A stretch of DNA of 64,000 nt from positions 64,001 to 128,000 of the IMG/VR virus record IMGVR_UViG_3300025073_000027, one strand, 5' to 3'. Below are positions 8,745 to 19,868 of the stretch, piece by piece (position 1 is the first letter of the stretch; each line of letters starts with the position of its first letter). The position numbers and the translations under genes are program-made. The DNA comes from a virus. Under the pieces are notes generated by a model. The model did no database searches, was not told the origin of the DNA, and was given only the letters and a program-made list of their open reading frames with translations.

Positions 8745-11700
8745 ATCAAATACAGCGGCAATTAATTTTGATGATCTTGCAGATGGTCTTAGGAGAACAT
8801 CTGGTGTTTTATCTCAAACAGGAACAGGCATTGAAGAACTCAGTGGCTTATTAACAGGTGGTTTTGAGCAACTAAGAGATATCGAAAAAGTCTCTAGTGG
8901 ATTAAATTTCATATCTTTACGCTTAAGGGGCATTGGAGAAGATGGGGAAAAGATTGAAGGATTGATGCCTAAACTTCAAGATGATTTTATGAGACTTGCA
9001 GGTATTAGTATTTTAGATCCAGAAACAAATGGACTTCGAAGTACATACGATATTATATCTGACATGGCTCGAATATTACCAACTTTAGATCCATTATCTA
9101 GAGGATTTTTAATGGAAAAGGCGGCAGGTCAGCGGCAAGTTGCTGTACTTGAGGCAATTATTCAAAACTGGCAAAACGTAGAAAAAGCAACCGAATCAGC
9201 AAAAAATTCTACTGGATCTGCTTTACGAGAAAATGAAAAATATCTCAATAGCATTGAAGGTAAAATGAATAAAATGACAAGTGCTTGGCAACAACTTTCT
9301 AAAAATACTATTGATAGTGATTTTACTAAAACGCTTATCGATGCCGGAACAGAACTAATAAAACTTATTGATAAGTTAGGATTAATAAATACTATTATTG
9401 TAAGTGTTACTGTAGTAGCATTTGCAAAATGGGGTTTAACATTGCCCATAATTACTCAAGGTATTTATTCTTTAGCCACTGCATTAGGTGTAGCTTCTGG
9501 TGCGGCTGTAACTCTTTCTTATGCTTTAACAGGAGGTTTAATTGGTATTGCTATTGTAGGAGCTATAATTGCATTTAAAGCATTAACAAAATCTGCTATA
9601 GATACTTATGAAGCATTTGAAAAATTAAAATCTCAAGCGGAAGCAAATCGAGATGAATTAAAATCTTTAGCAGATGAATATGAATCATTGGCTAATAAAC
9701 AAGAAAAAAATTCTGATGATCTTGTTCGTTTATTAAATATACAATCTTTAGTAAATATAAAGTATGGTGCAGCAAAAGAGGGCATAACTTTATATAGCGA
9801 TGCTATTGATAATAATTCAAAAGCAATACAAAATAATATTGATTGGTTAAAAAGACGCGCAGAATTTGAAGCAAGAGAATTTTTAATTAGAAATAAACGC
9901 ACTATTGAAGAAGCTAAAAAAGGATTAAGTGAATCAATAAGAAGAGATCCTACCGATGTATTTGGATATGAAAGTCCTAAAACTTTATATGAAGAGCGAG
10001 ATTATTTATCTAAAAGACTTGAATTAGAGGGAGATTTATTTGGGCTTACGCAAAGGCGCTTAGATAAAATAAACGATGAAATTTATGCATATGAACAAAT
10101 ATTATTAGTTGCAGAAGAATATAGAAATCTATTAATATTTATTAATGATGTTTCCCCTGATTTTTCTGATGCTGGTGTTCATAATATGTTAAATTCTCTT
10201 GGAATTGTTGGAGAATTAACGGAACAATATAAAGGTTTAACTGATACTCTAAAATCTTTAGGTGAAACCTCCGATATAGTTTATTCTACAATCCGTAAAA
10301 ATGCTGAAGGAACACTTACTTTTGCTGATATTCAAAAACTTGGTGAATCTTATGAAGATTATATTGATATTCTTGAAATAGAGGGTGATCGAGTATCAAT
10401 TAATACTGATAAATTACAAGAATATAATATCGCTAATATTGAAGCATCACTTAGTAAGGCGCAACTTGCTTTAGCTACAGATACAAGCAATGAAAAACTC
10501 CAAAAAGAAGTATTAGTATTAGAAGCATATCTTTCTCAAGCAAAGAAAGCAACAGATCAATCTAGAGATTTTGTAAATAATTTTAATACAATGATTGATA
10601 CTGTAACTGCCAGTATGTCTAAAGAAGAATTATCTGGTGGTTTTGATATATTGAGTAGAAAATTAATTGAAGTAAATGGTCAATTCGAAGATGGTGTAAT
10701 TACAGCTAAAGAATATGCGGATGGGATTAATGATGCTTTAAAGAGTATTGATTTTGATCAAGTATTTAAATCTAAAGATTCTGCTGAAATATTCTTTTCT
10801 GGAATGGTTGCAAATGCGGCACAATCATTAAGTCAAATGAATTCAGAATTTAATGCTGGAAGTATTTTGTTTTCAGAGTACACCGATTCTCTTGTTAGTT
10901 TTGCAGGAGTAATGGATACTATTAGTGGTTTAACTCAAAATCTGGCAGAGGCATTTGGGGATGCTGGTGATATTGTCAGTACAATTGCAGATGAAACTAC
11001 AGGCGGGTTTAGTAGAATTGCTGATGGTATGCGAGAATTGCAAGAATTACAAGAAACAAATGTTTTAATGGAATCTGCTGTAGCACAAATTCGTTCTGCT
11101 GCAATTCAGCAAGGTACAGAAGATTATAATATTTTAATGGATAAGATTGCTGAATCTGCTTGGGCAACTAGTCAAAATTGGGTTGATATGGATGGTCAAG
11201 CATTTACTTCGGCAGAAAATTTAGCAACATATTTAAAGGGTAGCACATCTAATTTCTTTAATTTTGCTAATCAAACTGCGAGTGCTTCGGGTACAGCCAT
11301 TAAAAATATTATGACTGGTGCGGGAACAGTATTAGAAGCATTAGGAAAAGCAATTCAAAATTTTGATGCCAAAATAACTTTTACTCCAAAATTAAAAGGA
11401 CCAGTAGATTTTGCTGCTATTATTGGTGGTAAACCCATTAATGATTGGTTTCAAATGCCAAGTATTGAATTTGATATTACTGGTTCAGGTGGTGAATCTG
11501 TTCAAGGTTTAGGAAAGGCTATTTCTGCCTTTGGTTCAAGTTTAATTCCTAAAAGCCCTGGTGGTGGTTGGAGAGATGCGGGGGCGGGTGTACGAGATGA
11601 TGGTGATCCATTTGGTTTTGATTGGACTATTTATGAAAAAGAATTAAATCAAGTAAGTGGTAATGCTGGTAAAGCCGCTAATGCAGCTAAAGATTTAGAA

Positions 11701-12801
11701 GATGCTCTTGGTGGTGCTGGTAAGGTTGCAAAAGAAGATCAAAAAAGTATTGCCGATTTATTCAATTTGGTTATTGATAAAATCAAACAAGAAAAGAAGG
11801 AACAAAAAGAACTTCTTAAACAACAGCAAGAAACAATAAAAGCACAGCAAGAGGCGTTGAAAGAACAACTTAATGCTTATAAAGACATTATTGATGTTCG
11901 AAAAGCATTATTGGATACTCAAAAAGAAGAATTAAATTATGCTGATGAAATAGCAGATAAGAATAAATCAATTGCTCGTTTACAAGATGAACTTGCTACT
12001 TTGGCATTAGATGATTCTTTGGAATCTCAGGCAAGACAACTTGAATTAAAGAATGAACTTGCTGAACAGATGGAGGATCTTGCACGTACTCAAAGAGATC
12101 ATCAATTTGATGAACAAAAAACTGCATTGGATGCAGAATATGAAACTTATAGAAAATCTATAGAAATTCAAGATGCTCTATTACAACAGCAATATGACGC
12201 AATAGATCTGCAAATAAAAATAATTGAAGAATTTTTATCTAAATCTGGAATAATCGCTCAAGAAGCATTGCGTAGAATCGCAGAACAAGCTCCTGGATTA
12301 TATCAATCATTAATTGATTGGAATTCTGAATATGGAAGTGGCATTGATCGCGATGTTACAGATGCGTGGAACGAAGCATATGAAGCATTATCAAGATATG
12401 TAGATTTAATAGATGCTTTACGTGGTACTAGCGAATATGGCGATGTTCTTCTTAGCACAACATTTCCAACACATCATACCGGATTAGCTTCTGGCCCTGT
12501 TGGTGGAGTTAAAACACCAACAAATGAAGTGTTTTCTAAATTAATGGCTGGAGAAATTATTCTTAATGAAAATGATATGCTTGGAATTATTCGTAGAATT
12601 CCTGAAATAGCTGGTAAATTACAAACTGCTTCTACTCCTATGGGTTTAACAATAGCGGGTAATTTGATTAATATTGAAGGTAATGTAGATGAAAACGTTA
12701 TGGAAGATATAAAGAAAATTGCCGATAAAGTTATGAATCAAATTAATCAATCTCTTTTAAGAAGGGGTTATACAAGAGGAGCGCAATTGTTTCAGTTTTA
12801 G
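8745..12801 (+). CDS. tail tape measure protein, exon 2 (spliced product 1749 aa)
   Basis: In frame with ORF 8962-12801; helical, coiled-coil, transmembrane segments, C-terminal HHTG. Confidence 0.9.
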
Positions 12802-12831
12802 TTTTATATAATTAGATTTTATTTTATTGAG

Positions 12832-12863
12832 GAAAGAGGGATTATTCTAGTCCCTCTTTCTTT
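12832..12863 (+). terminator. hairpin/terminator after tape measure gene
   Basis: GAAAGAGGGA / TCCCTCTTTC plus TTT. Confidence 0.55.
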
Positions 12864-12895
12864 AATATTTTATAAAGTATTGAAGGAGGTAGCGT

Positions 12896-13690
12896 ATGGG
12901 ATTTTATTCTCGCAGTTTCGTGTATAACAATATCCCAAGCGAACAATTTAATTTAGAAATTGCTAATATTGAAGGTGGAACAAGTTCTAATCCTGGTTCT
13001 GGATCAGTAGATATTATTGAGCAATTTATTTTTCGGCGTAGTGTCCCGTTTTTCTATGGAGTTAAATGGTCTAAGAAGCTTGAATTTCCAGTTTCATTTT
13101 TTTCTCCTGATGAAATTAGTGCAGTTGATATATCTTATATTTCCTCATGGTTATTTGGGCATTTGTCTTATAAAAGACTTGAACTTTCTCAACCGGATAT
13201 GAGTGGAATATATTTAAATTGTATTTTTACAGATCCGAGGATAATACGTGCAGGAAATAATATATTTGGTATTTCAGGTACTTGTGTGGCAGATTCACAA
13301 TTTGCTTGGAAATATCCTGAAACCACCACATATAATTACGGCAGTTCAATTGTTTCAGGTAGTACGATTTTTTATAATAATTCTCATTATCAAGGTTATT
13401 TATATCCAGATATGACAATTACAACTGGTTCTGCCACAGCAGGAATTACTATTGTAAATATGTCTGATGATGATAGAGAATTTGTTTTTACTGAATTGTC
13501 TCCTTATGAAACACTTACTATTAATAATGATTTAGGAATTATTACCAGTTCTTTAGGAACAAGAAGGTTAGCTAATTTTAATAAAAATTTCTTTAGATTT
13601 GTTCCAGGTTTAAATAATTTATCATTTTCGGGAAGTAACATTAATCAAATAACAATGACTTATTCATTTGCCCGAAGAATTGGGGGATAA
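12896..13690 (+). CDS. distal tail protein (Dit-like)
   Basis: Directly after TMP; F.YNNIPS N-terminus, FFRFVPGLNNL C-terminus. Confidence 0.75.
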   Translation: MGFYSRSFVYNNIPSEQFNLEIANIEGGTSSNPGSGSVDIIEQFIFRRSVPFFYGVKWSKKLEFPVSFFSPDEISAVDISYISSWLFGHLSYKRLELSQPDMSGIYLNCIFTDPRIIRAGNNIFGISGTCVADSQFAWKYPETTTYNYGSSIVSGSTIFYNNSHYQGYLYPDMTITTGSATAGITIVNMSDDDREFVFTELSPYETLTINNDLGIITSSLGTRRLANFNKNFFRFVPGLNNLSFSGSNINQITMTYSFARRIGG

Positions 13691-13693
13691 TAT

Positions 13694-15469
13694 ATGGAAA
13701 TTAATTTTAATGTTTTTGATCAAATTGAAAAACCATCCATTTCGCTCTGCAATCCTGAACGCACTCAATTATATTCTTTAAATGCTTGTTATAACACATT
13801 AATGAAACTTAGATGGAATGGTCAATCGGAATTTATATTTACTTATCCTCAACAAGTAGGTGATATAGAATTAGATGCATTTGATTATCTTGAAGGAAAA
13901 AGAGAAATATTAATAGAAGGAATAGGATATTTTCAAATTACAGATGTTCAAGATGATTCAGATGGTACACCCAATATTAAAACAGTAACTTGCTATTCTC
14001 AAGATTCCGAGTTGGTTTATAAAAAGGTATTAAGATTTTCGGGAACATATTCATTTAGCGATTTAATGACAACTATTCTTGAATTAGTTCCCGAATGGTC
14101 TTTAGGAACTATACATGCTGATTTGTTAAGCGTGAGTAGAACTTTTGATATAAGTGATTCAAATGTTTATCAATTTTTAACTAAAGATGTTTCTGCCGCC
14201 TTTGATTGTGTATTTATTTTTGGATATATTGATAAAACAATATCTGCGATTCCTACTAGTTATCCACCGTTAGAAACAGATATATTTTTATCATTTGATA
14301 ATTTAATTAAACATACTGAATATAAAGAAGTAACTAGTGAAATTGCTACTTGCTTATATTGCTATGGAGGCAATGATTTAACAATACGTTATGTTAATCC
14401 GTTAGGTACTAATGCAATTTATGATTTTACATATTATAAAACTACAGATTGGATGTCTCAAGGATTAGTTGATGCTTTAACTATTTGGGAAACTAGTGCA
14501 AGTGCTATTCAAATATCTTATGCTGATTTAGTAGAGAGTTTAAGCACTTATCAAACAGATATGTTAAATTATCAATCGCAATTAGTTGAACTTGAAACTC
14601 AATTGGCGATATATAGAGAATTAAAAATTGTTCAAGAATTACAAGAACTAGATACTACTGTAGTAGATGCTCAAATTGCTCAATGGGAATTATATGTAAT
14701 ACAACAGAATTCATTAATTTCTCAAACTCAAACTACTATAGATGATATAACAAGTCAATTAACTGAGATAAATTCTGATCTTTCTTTTACAAATACAGAT
14801 AATTTCACAGATGATCAATATTTGGAATTAAGCAATTTTATATTTGAAAATATATATCAAAATGATAGTATTTTAATTACTGATTCAATGACTTTTCCAG
14901 AAATACAAGATCAATCTCAATTATTATATGATATGGCATTAGATGTATTAGCAAAAGTATCATTGCCTCGCTATCAAATTACTATTAATTCAGTTAATTT
15001 CTTAGCATTAAAAGAATATGAGCCATTTATTGAACAATTAACTTTGGGAGATCAAATAACTGTTGACAGCGGTAAAGGATATATGATTGATGCTACTTTA
15101 TTAGAAGTAGATTTTAGTTATGATAATCCTGAGGAATTTACAATAATTCTTGGAAATAGACAAAGATTAGGTGATGCAAATTTTGTATTTGCTGATTTAT
15201 TTGGTCAAAGTTTAAGTACATCTTCATATAGTTCAGCAAGTGGAAGCAGTATTGGTGAAACATGGGTAATGGAAGATTTAACTGGACAAATAGGAGTATC
15301 TTTTTATACTGCTCAAACTTATATTGCTGATTCATTAAGAATTTATGTAAATGGTATTTTACAAAGAAAACTATATACATATACGGAAAGTGTTAGTTTA
15401 CAATCTTTTACTATGCTTGATGAAGTATTAACTGATGATACTCTTGTAATTGAATATAGAATAGCTTAA
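13694..15469 (+). CDS. tail hub/spike (Tal-like) protein
   Basis: After Dit; central coiled coil, LTLGDQITV motif. Confidence 0.7.
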   Translation: MEINFNVFDQIEKPSISLCNPERTQLYSLNACYNTLMKLRWNGQSEFIFTYPQQVGDIELDAFDYLEGKREILIEGIGYFQITDVQDDSDGTPNIKTVTCYSQDSELVYKKVLRFSGTYSFSDLMTTILELVPEWSLGTIHADLLSVSRTFDISDSNVYQFLTKDVSAAFDCVFIFGYIDKTISAIPTSYPPLETDIFLSFDNLIKHTEYKEVTSEIATCLYCYGGNDLTIRYVNPLGTNAIYDFTYYKTTDWMSQGLVDALTIWETSASAIQISYADLVESLSTYQTDMLNYQSQLVELETQLAIYRELKIVQELQELDTTVVDAQIAQWELYVIQQNSLISQTQTTIDDITSQLTEINSDLSFTNTDNFTDDQYLELSNFIFENIYQNDSILITDSMTFPEIQDQSQLLYDMALDVLAKVSLPRYQITINSVNFLALKEYEPFIEQLTLGDQITVDSGKGYMIDATLLEVDFSYDNPEEFTIILGNRQRLGDANFVFADLFGQSLSTSSYSSASGSSIGETWVMEDLTGQIGVSFYTAQTYIADSLRIYVNGILQRKLYTYTESVSLQSFTMLDEVLTDDTLVIEYRIA

Positions 15470-15488
15470 TAATTAGAAAGGAGGTCGA

Positions 15489-15833
15489 ATGACATATAAT
15501 ACGTCATATTCCACGATCAATTCTTTGGGAGATATTCCTTTCGTTGGTGGAACAACTTATACATTATTTTTTGAATGTAATGATCAAAATGGAGGCGAGG
15601 TAGATTTAAGTGGGGCTACAGCGCGATGGAAAGCCGCTCCTTTTGGAACTTCGTATGCAGTAATTAATAAATCGGGTTCTATAATTTCCACAAATGTATT
15701 TGCTGTATATTTAAGTTCAGCAGATACTATTGCTTTAAGTGGTAAATTTAGTCATCAACCTCAAATTACTTTTGCAGATGGAACAGTTGTAATTCCAGCA
15801 CAAGGAACAGTAACTATAGTTGGAGGTTTATAA
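15489..15833 (+). CDS. baseplate upper (BppU-like) protein
   Basis: G..VDLSGATARW, beta-rich, tail region. Confidence 0.55.
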   Translation: MTYNTSYSTINSLGDIPFVGGTTYTLFFECNDQNGGEVDLSGATARWKAAPFGTSYAVINKSGSIISTNVFAVYLSSADTIALSGKFSHQPQITFADGTVVIPAQGTVTIVGGL

Positions 15834-16075
15834 TGCCCGTAACTCCCATTGAAGTAGAAAATACTTTATATATTTATATTGAAAGTAGTGGAAGTAGAGT
15901 TGTTAGAACAGGTTTACTTGGTTATTATGATCCTTTAATGATGACAGATTTATTTAATTTAACACTTGGAGAGCTATCAGTAAGAGATGATACATTACCT
16001 AGTTCAGTAGATGCAATAATTGATGATCTTCCTGCTGGAATAAATGCTCACAAATTTGATTTAATAATAGGATAA
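15833..16075 (+). CDS. small tail-region protein
   Basis: 80 aa, TAATG-coupled to upstream gene. Confidence 0.5.
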   Translation: MPVTPIEVENTLYIYIESSGSRVVRTGLLGYYDPLMMTDLFNLTLGELSVRDDTLPSSVDAIIDDLPAGINAHKFDLIIG

Positions 16076-16080
16076 AAAAT

Positions 16081-16890
16081 ATGGGAAATACTGATAATTT
16101 AAATTTAGAAACTCATGATTTAGGAATAGATACAAATAGGGGTTTTGAAAGTTATCGAATGGGATTAAATGGTTCTGGTTCTATTTGCGATTATCCAGAT
16201 AGTAATATGATGCTTATTTCTGATTGGGCTGGAACTTTACCAATTGCAATGCTTGCATTATTATCTGTTACAAGTGCATCTGTAGCAACAGTAAATACAT
16301 ATGCTACTTCGGCTAGTAGTTCTGCATCTTCTTTATTAGCTGGAATTAATGCTGTAGATAGTAGGTTCGAAATAATAGATGAATTTTCAGGATCAGGACA
16401 AGCGGATTTTGATAGTATATCTCAAGATTATACTCATGTAATTATTATAGGTACTGCTGGTGTTAATCGAGGGGTAGATTTAGCTGATGTTGGATGTGAT
16501 TTCAATGGAGATTCTGGTAGTTCTAATTATGCAACTGTTGAATGGATAAGGTCCGGTTCAGCGGGTGGAAGTGGAGGAAGTTCTGTTGACTTTGCTTCTT
16601 CATCAACTGCTCAAATTTTATTAGGAAATGTTTCTGGTTCTGTAAATAGCGGATATGGAGGTACATTTTTTGCTATTGTTCCATATTATTCTGGATCTAC
16701 GGGTTTTTATAAAACGGCAATGGGCTTTTCTATGAATCATATGAGCGATTGGATGTCATCAATGAAAACGGGTGGTTATTGGCAAAGTGTAGATCCAATT
16801 ACTAGAATTAGAATATTTGGAAGCGATAATACTGCTACACGCTATAATTTTTTAACTGGAACAAAAATTACATTATATGGTTTATTGTAA
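16081..16890 (+). CDS. tail fibre/receptor-binding-like protein, paralog 1
   Basis: Ser/Gly-rich; C-terminal ITRIRIF..GTKITLYG. Confidence 0.6.
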   Translation: MGNTDNLNLETHDLGIDTNRGFESYRMGLNGSGSICDYPDSNMMLISDWAGTLPIAMLALLSVTSASVATVNTYATSASSSASSLLAGINAVDSRFEIIDEFSGSGQADFDSISQDYTHVIIIGTAGVNRGVDLADVGCDFNGDSGSSNYATVEWIRSGSAGGSGGSSVDFASSSTAQILLGNVSGSVNSGYGGTFFAIVPYYSGSTGFYKTAMGFSMNHMSDWMSSMKTGGYWQSVDPITRIRIFGSDNTATRYNFLTGTKITLYGLL

Positions 16891-16901
16891 AGGAATAATA
16901 T

Positions 16902-17684
16902 ATGACTACTGAAAGCGTAAATTTAAATTTAACACTGTATGACAATGATGGCGATCAATCTGGAAGTTTTATAACATGGGTACAAGATATGAGCGGTTCT
17001 AGCAATAGTAATATGACCAAAATTGATGATTATGCTGGAAATATGAGCGGTTCACTCACAGGTATATCTACTTCTGTTAGTGGTTCAATGGTAAATATAT
17101 CTGGATCTATGGCATCAATTAGTGGTTCTTTAGTTACACTTACTGCAAGTTTAGCAGAATTACAATTAAGATTACAAAAAATAGATGAATTTAGTGATGC
17201 TGGTCAAGCTGATTTTGATGATATTCCTCAAACATTTACACATCTTGTTATTATGGGAGTAGTTAATGTCAATCTAGTATATAATAGCAATGGTTTTGGA
17301 TGTGATTTTAATGGCGATGCCAATTCTGCTCATTATAATAATGTTACATGGATAAGATATAATACTCCCCCAACTGAATCATTTTCAGAAGATCTTACGG
17401 GAGAATTATTTTTAGGTAGTGCGCCAGGTAATACTAATTTACAATATGGTACACCTGTCCTTGCCATTATTCCTAATTATTCAGCAAGTGGAGGATTTTA
17501 TAAAACTGGAATGAGTTTTACTACTTATCATCTTGGAGGAACATATATAGTATCCTCAACACAAGGAGGAGTATGGAAAAGTACGGCGGCAATTAATAGG
17601 ATTAGAATATTTGGATTATGGGCTGGTTCTACTCGATACGATTTTTCTGAGGGAACAAAATTATCGCTTTATGGTTTTGGTTAA
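16902..17684 (+). CDS. tail fibre/receptor-binding-like protein, paralog 2
   Basis: Shares IDEFS..GQADFD.I.Q, GCDFNGD, GFYKT, RIRIFG, GTK..LYG with paralog 1. Confidence 0.6.
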   Translation: MTTESVNLNLTLYDNDGDQSGSFITWVQDMSGSSNSNMTKIDDYAGNMSGSLTGISTSVSGSMVNISGSMASISGSLVTLTASLAELQLRLQKIDEFSDAGQADFDDIPQTFTHLVIMGVVNVNLVYNSNGFGCDFNGDANSAHYNNVTWIRYNTPPTESFSEDLTGELFLGSAPGNTNLQYGTPVLAIIPNYSASGGFYKTGMSFTTYHLGGTYIVSSTQGGVWKSTAAINRIRIFGLWAGSTRYDFSEGTKLSLYGFG

Positions 17685-17760
17685 ATAATAAAATTATAAT
17701 TTATAAAATTATATATAATTTACAAATTTATAAATAATAAAATAATAATAAGGAGAAATA

Positions 17761-18699
17761 ATGTCCGAAGTAATTGAAAATTTAGTAGGAACTGAACGAC
17801 CTTTATGGCGAGATTATTCATATTATCAACAACTGGTAAATTTTGATAAAGCGAAAGAAATTGGTGTTCAAGGAATGGCTGCTAGAGCAACTATTTCTTG
17901 GGGATATCAAGATTCTTGGTTTCCTAGAAATTGGGAAGAATCTAAACGAGTTAATATGTTTAGAACATCTTATCATGTTTTATATCCCGAAGAAGATATT
18001 TTAAGACAATTAGATAATTGGTATAAAGTTCATCCTCATATTGATATTATTCCGAGGGTTATAGATCTTGAATTAGAACACGATCAAACACCAAATAAAA
18101 TTGCTGATGTAACTTGGAGAATGTCAGAAATTATATTTTCCAGAGATGGAATTAGGCCTATTATTTATTCTAGATATTTACTTATCAATAAATGGTTAGT
18201 ATCTTGGACAACTGAAATGCTTAATATGCATTTTTGGTGGTTAGCACAATATTTATATGATCGCACTATTGAACATTCTGGACCTCCAACCCCTCCATTA
18301 AGAGTAAATCCAGAAAGAATAATTTTACATCAAACTGCCGATAAAAAATTATCTATTGGTGAAACTATAGGAGCAGTAGATTATGATCGTTGGTGTATTG
18401 GTAATATTTTAAATCAAAATAACTTTATTGATAGAGAGTGGATAAAAAAAAACGAATCTTCCTCCCTACCATCTTTAGATGAAACATCACAAGTTAAAAG
18501 TTTATTTAATAATTTAAGAGTAAGAAAAATTCCAAATAATACAACTAGTTCGTCTACAATAGTGGAATATTTATCTGAAAATGAAATAGTAGATGTTATT
18601 GAAGAAAAACAATTTGGAGATAATATTTGGCTTAGAATAGGTTATAAGCAATGGATTGCTAAAAAACATCTTGGCACTTATTATGTTGATGAAGTTTAA
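17761..18699 (+). CDS. endolysin, GH25 muramidase plus SH3-like domain
   Basis: DYSYYQ, DLE, WLAQY, HQT, VDYD; C-terminal LRVR..WLRIG..WI. Confidence 0.8.
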   Translation: MSEVIENLVGTERPLWRDYSYYQQLVNFDKAKEIGVQGMAARATISWGYQDSWFPRNWEESKRVNMFRTSYHVLYPEEDILRQLDNWYKVHPHIDIIPRVIDLELEHDQTPNKIADVTWRMSEIIFSRDGIRPIIYSRYLLINKWLVSWTTEMLNMHFWWLAQYLYDRTIEHSGPPTPPLRVNPERIILHQTADKKLSIGETIGAVDYDRWCIGNILNQNNFIDREWIKKNESSSLPSLDETSQVKSLFNNLRVRKIPNNTTSSSTIVEYLSENEIVDVIEEKQFGDNIWLRIGYKQWIAKKHLGTYYVDEV

Positions 18700-18707
18700 G
18701 ATGTTGT

Positions 18708-19466
18708 ATGGCAAATTTAATATTTATCTTTCTATTTTTATTTAATTTAATATTACCAATAAATAATAACAATAATATAGATTATAAAAATGAATTAGAA
18801 AAATATAATATTATATTTACTGGTAATTGGTCTGAAACCAATTTATTTTATGTTTATTCGGGTATTGAATTAGTGGGAAATAAAATACTTGATTATTCTG
18901 ATATTCAAGGCAATTCTATTGATGCATTTGTATGGGCTTATAATATAACTAAAAGGAATCCATTTAAAATAGAATATTATGGTACAGGAAAAGTAGGAGG
19001 AATAGCGAGTTCTTCTAATAGAATAGGGTTTTCTGGTTTTTATAGAAATTATTATTCTTTATGTGAAGACATAGAATTAAGTTCTATAAATTTAGTAATA
19101 CATGAATTAGGACATGCTTTTGAATATTTGGTAGATGAAGAATTAGAGGTAGTTGAATTAATACCTTATATGGTATTAATAGATACAATAAAAAATACTT
19201 ATTTTCCAACTAGGGACGGTACAAATAATAATTTTGGTTTTTGCGGAATAAGGTGGGATTATCAACAAAGCCCAAGTATACATCCTAGAGAAGAATTTGC
19301 AGATATGTTTATAGGTTGGGTTTATGATTGTTGGGAGGATTCTGAAGATGGTAAATTGCGTAGTGAATTTATGGATATTCATATGTCGGTATGGTTAATA
19401 TTAGTAATAAAAGAACATTTTTATCATAAGAGTTACACATTTGGTAGTCGGTATTTTGTATATTAA
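18708..19466 (+). CDS. secreted/membrane zinc metallopeptidase-like protein
   Basis: N-terminal hydrophobic signal, HELGH, EEFAD. Confidence 0.65.
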   Translation: MANLIFIFLFLFNLILPINNNNNIDYKNELEKYNIIFTGNWSETNLFYVYSGIELVGNKILDYSDIQGNSIDAFVWAYNITKRNPFKIEYYGTGKVGGIASSSNRIGFSGFYRNYYSLCEDIELSSINLVIHELGHAFEYLVDEELEVVELIPYMVLIDTIKNTYFPTRDGTNNNFGFCGIRWDYQQSPSIHPREEFADMFIGWVYDCWEDSEDGKLRSEFMDIHMSVWLILVIKEHFYHKSYTFGSRYFVY

Positions 19467-19500
19467 TGGTGGTTTTTGATATTTATTGGTATTTTTATAT

Positions 19501-19539
19501 AAAAAAGAGACTCGATTTTATTCGAGTCTCTTTTTTTTT
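19501..19539. terminator. bidirectional terminator at strand switch
   Basis: A-run, GAGACTCGA / TCGAGTCTC, T-run between convergent genes. Confidence 0.85.
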
Positions 19540-19550
19540 ACGTTTTTGGA

Positions 19551-19868
19551 TTATTGTAGATAAGGTGGTAAATTTAATTGTTCTAACTTTTTAGAAAGTT
19601 TATTTGCTAATGCTTGTTCTACATCTACTCCTTCAGCAATTCCAGCAACAATAATCATCATTACAACGTCACCTAATTCTTTAGCGAGATCGTTTTTATC
19701 AAATTCTGGTTTATTTTCTGGATTATTTCTTATCCATCCACCATCTCTAGATAAATCTAATTCGTATACTTCTCCTAATTCTGTATGAACAAATTTAAGT
19801 GCTTGATGAAAATCAGGCCATTTTAAATTACGTTTTATGTAATAATCTTTTATTATATCAATTAACAT
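19551..19868 (-). CDS. MazG-like nucleotide pyrophosphohydrolase
   Basis: ELGEV and ELGDV motifs. Confidence 0.75.
   Translation of the reverse strand: MLIDIIKDYYIKRNLKWPDFHQALKFVHTELGEVYELDLSRDGGWIRNNPENKPEFDKNDLAKELGDVVMMIIVAGIAEGVDVEQALANKLSKKLEQLNLPPYLQ

Noticed and set aside
6084-12801. Tape measure as two genes or a broken pseudogene
   Set aside because: Group I intron elements and exact frame restoration explain the split.
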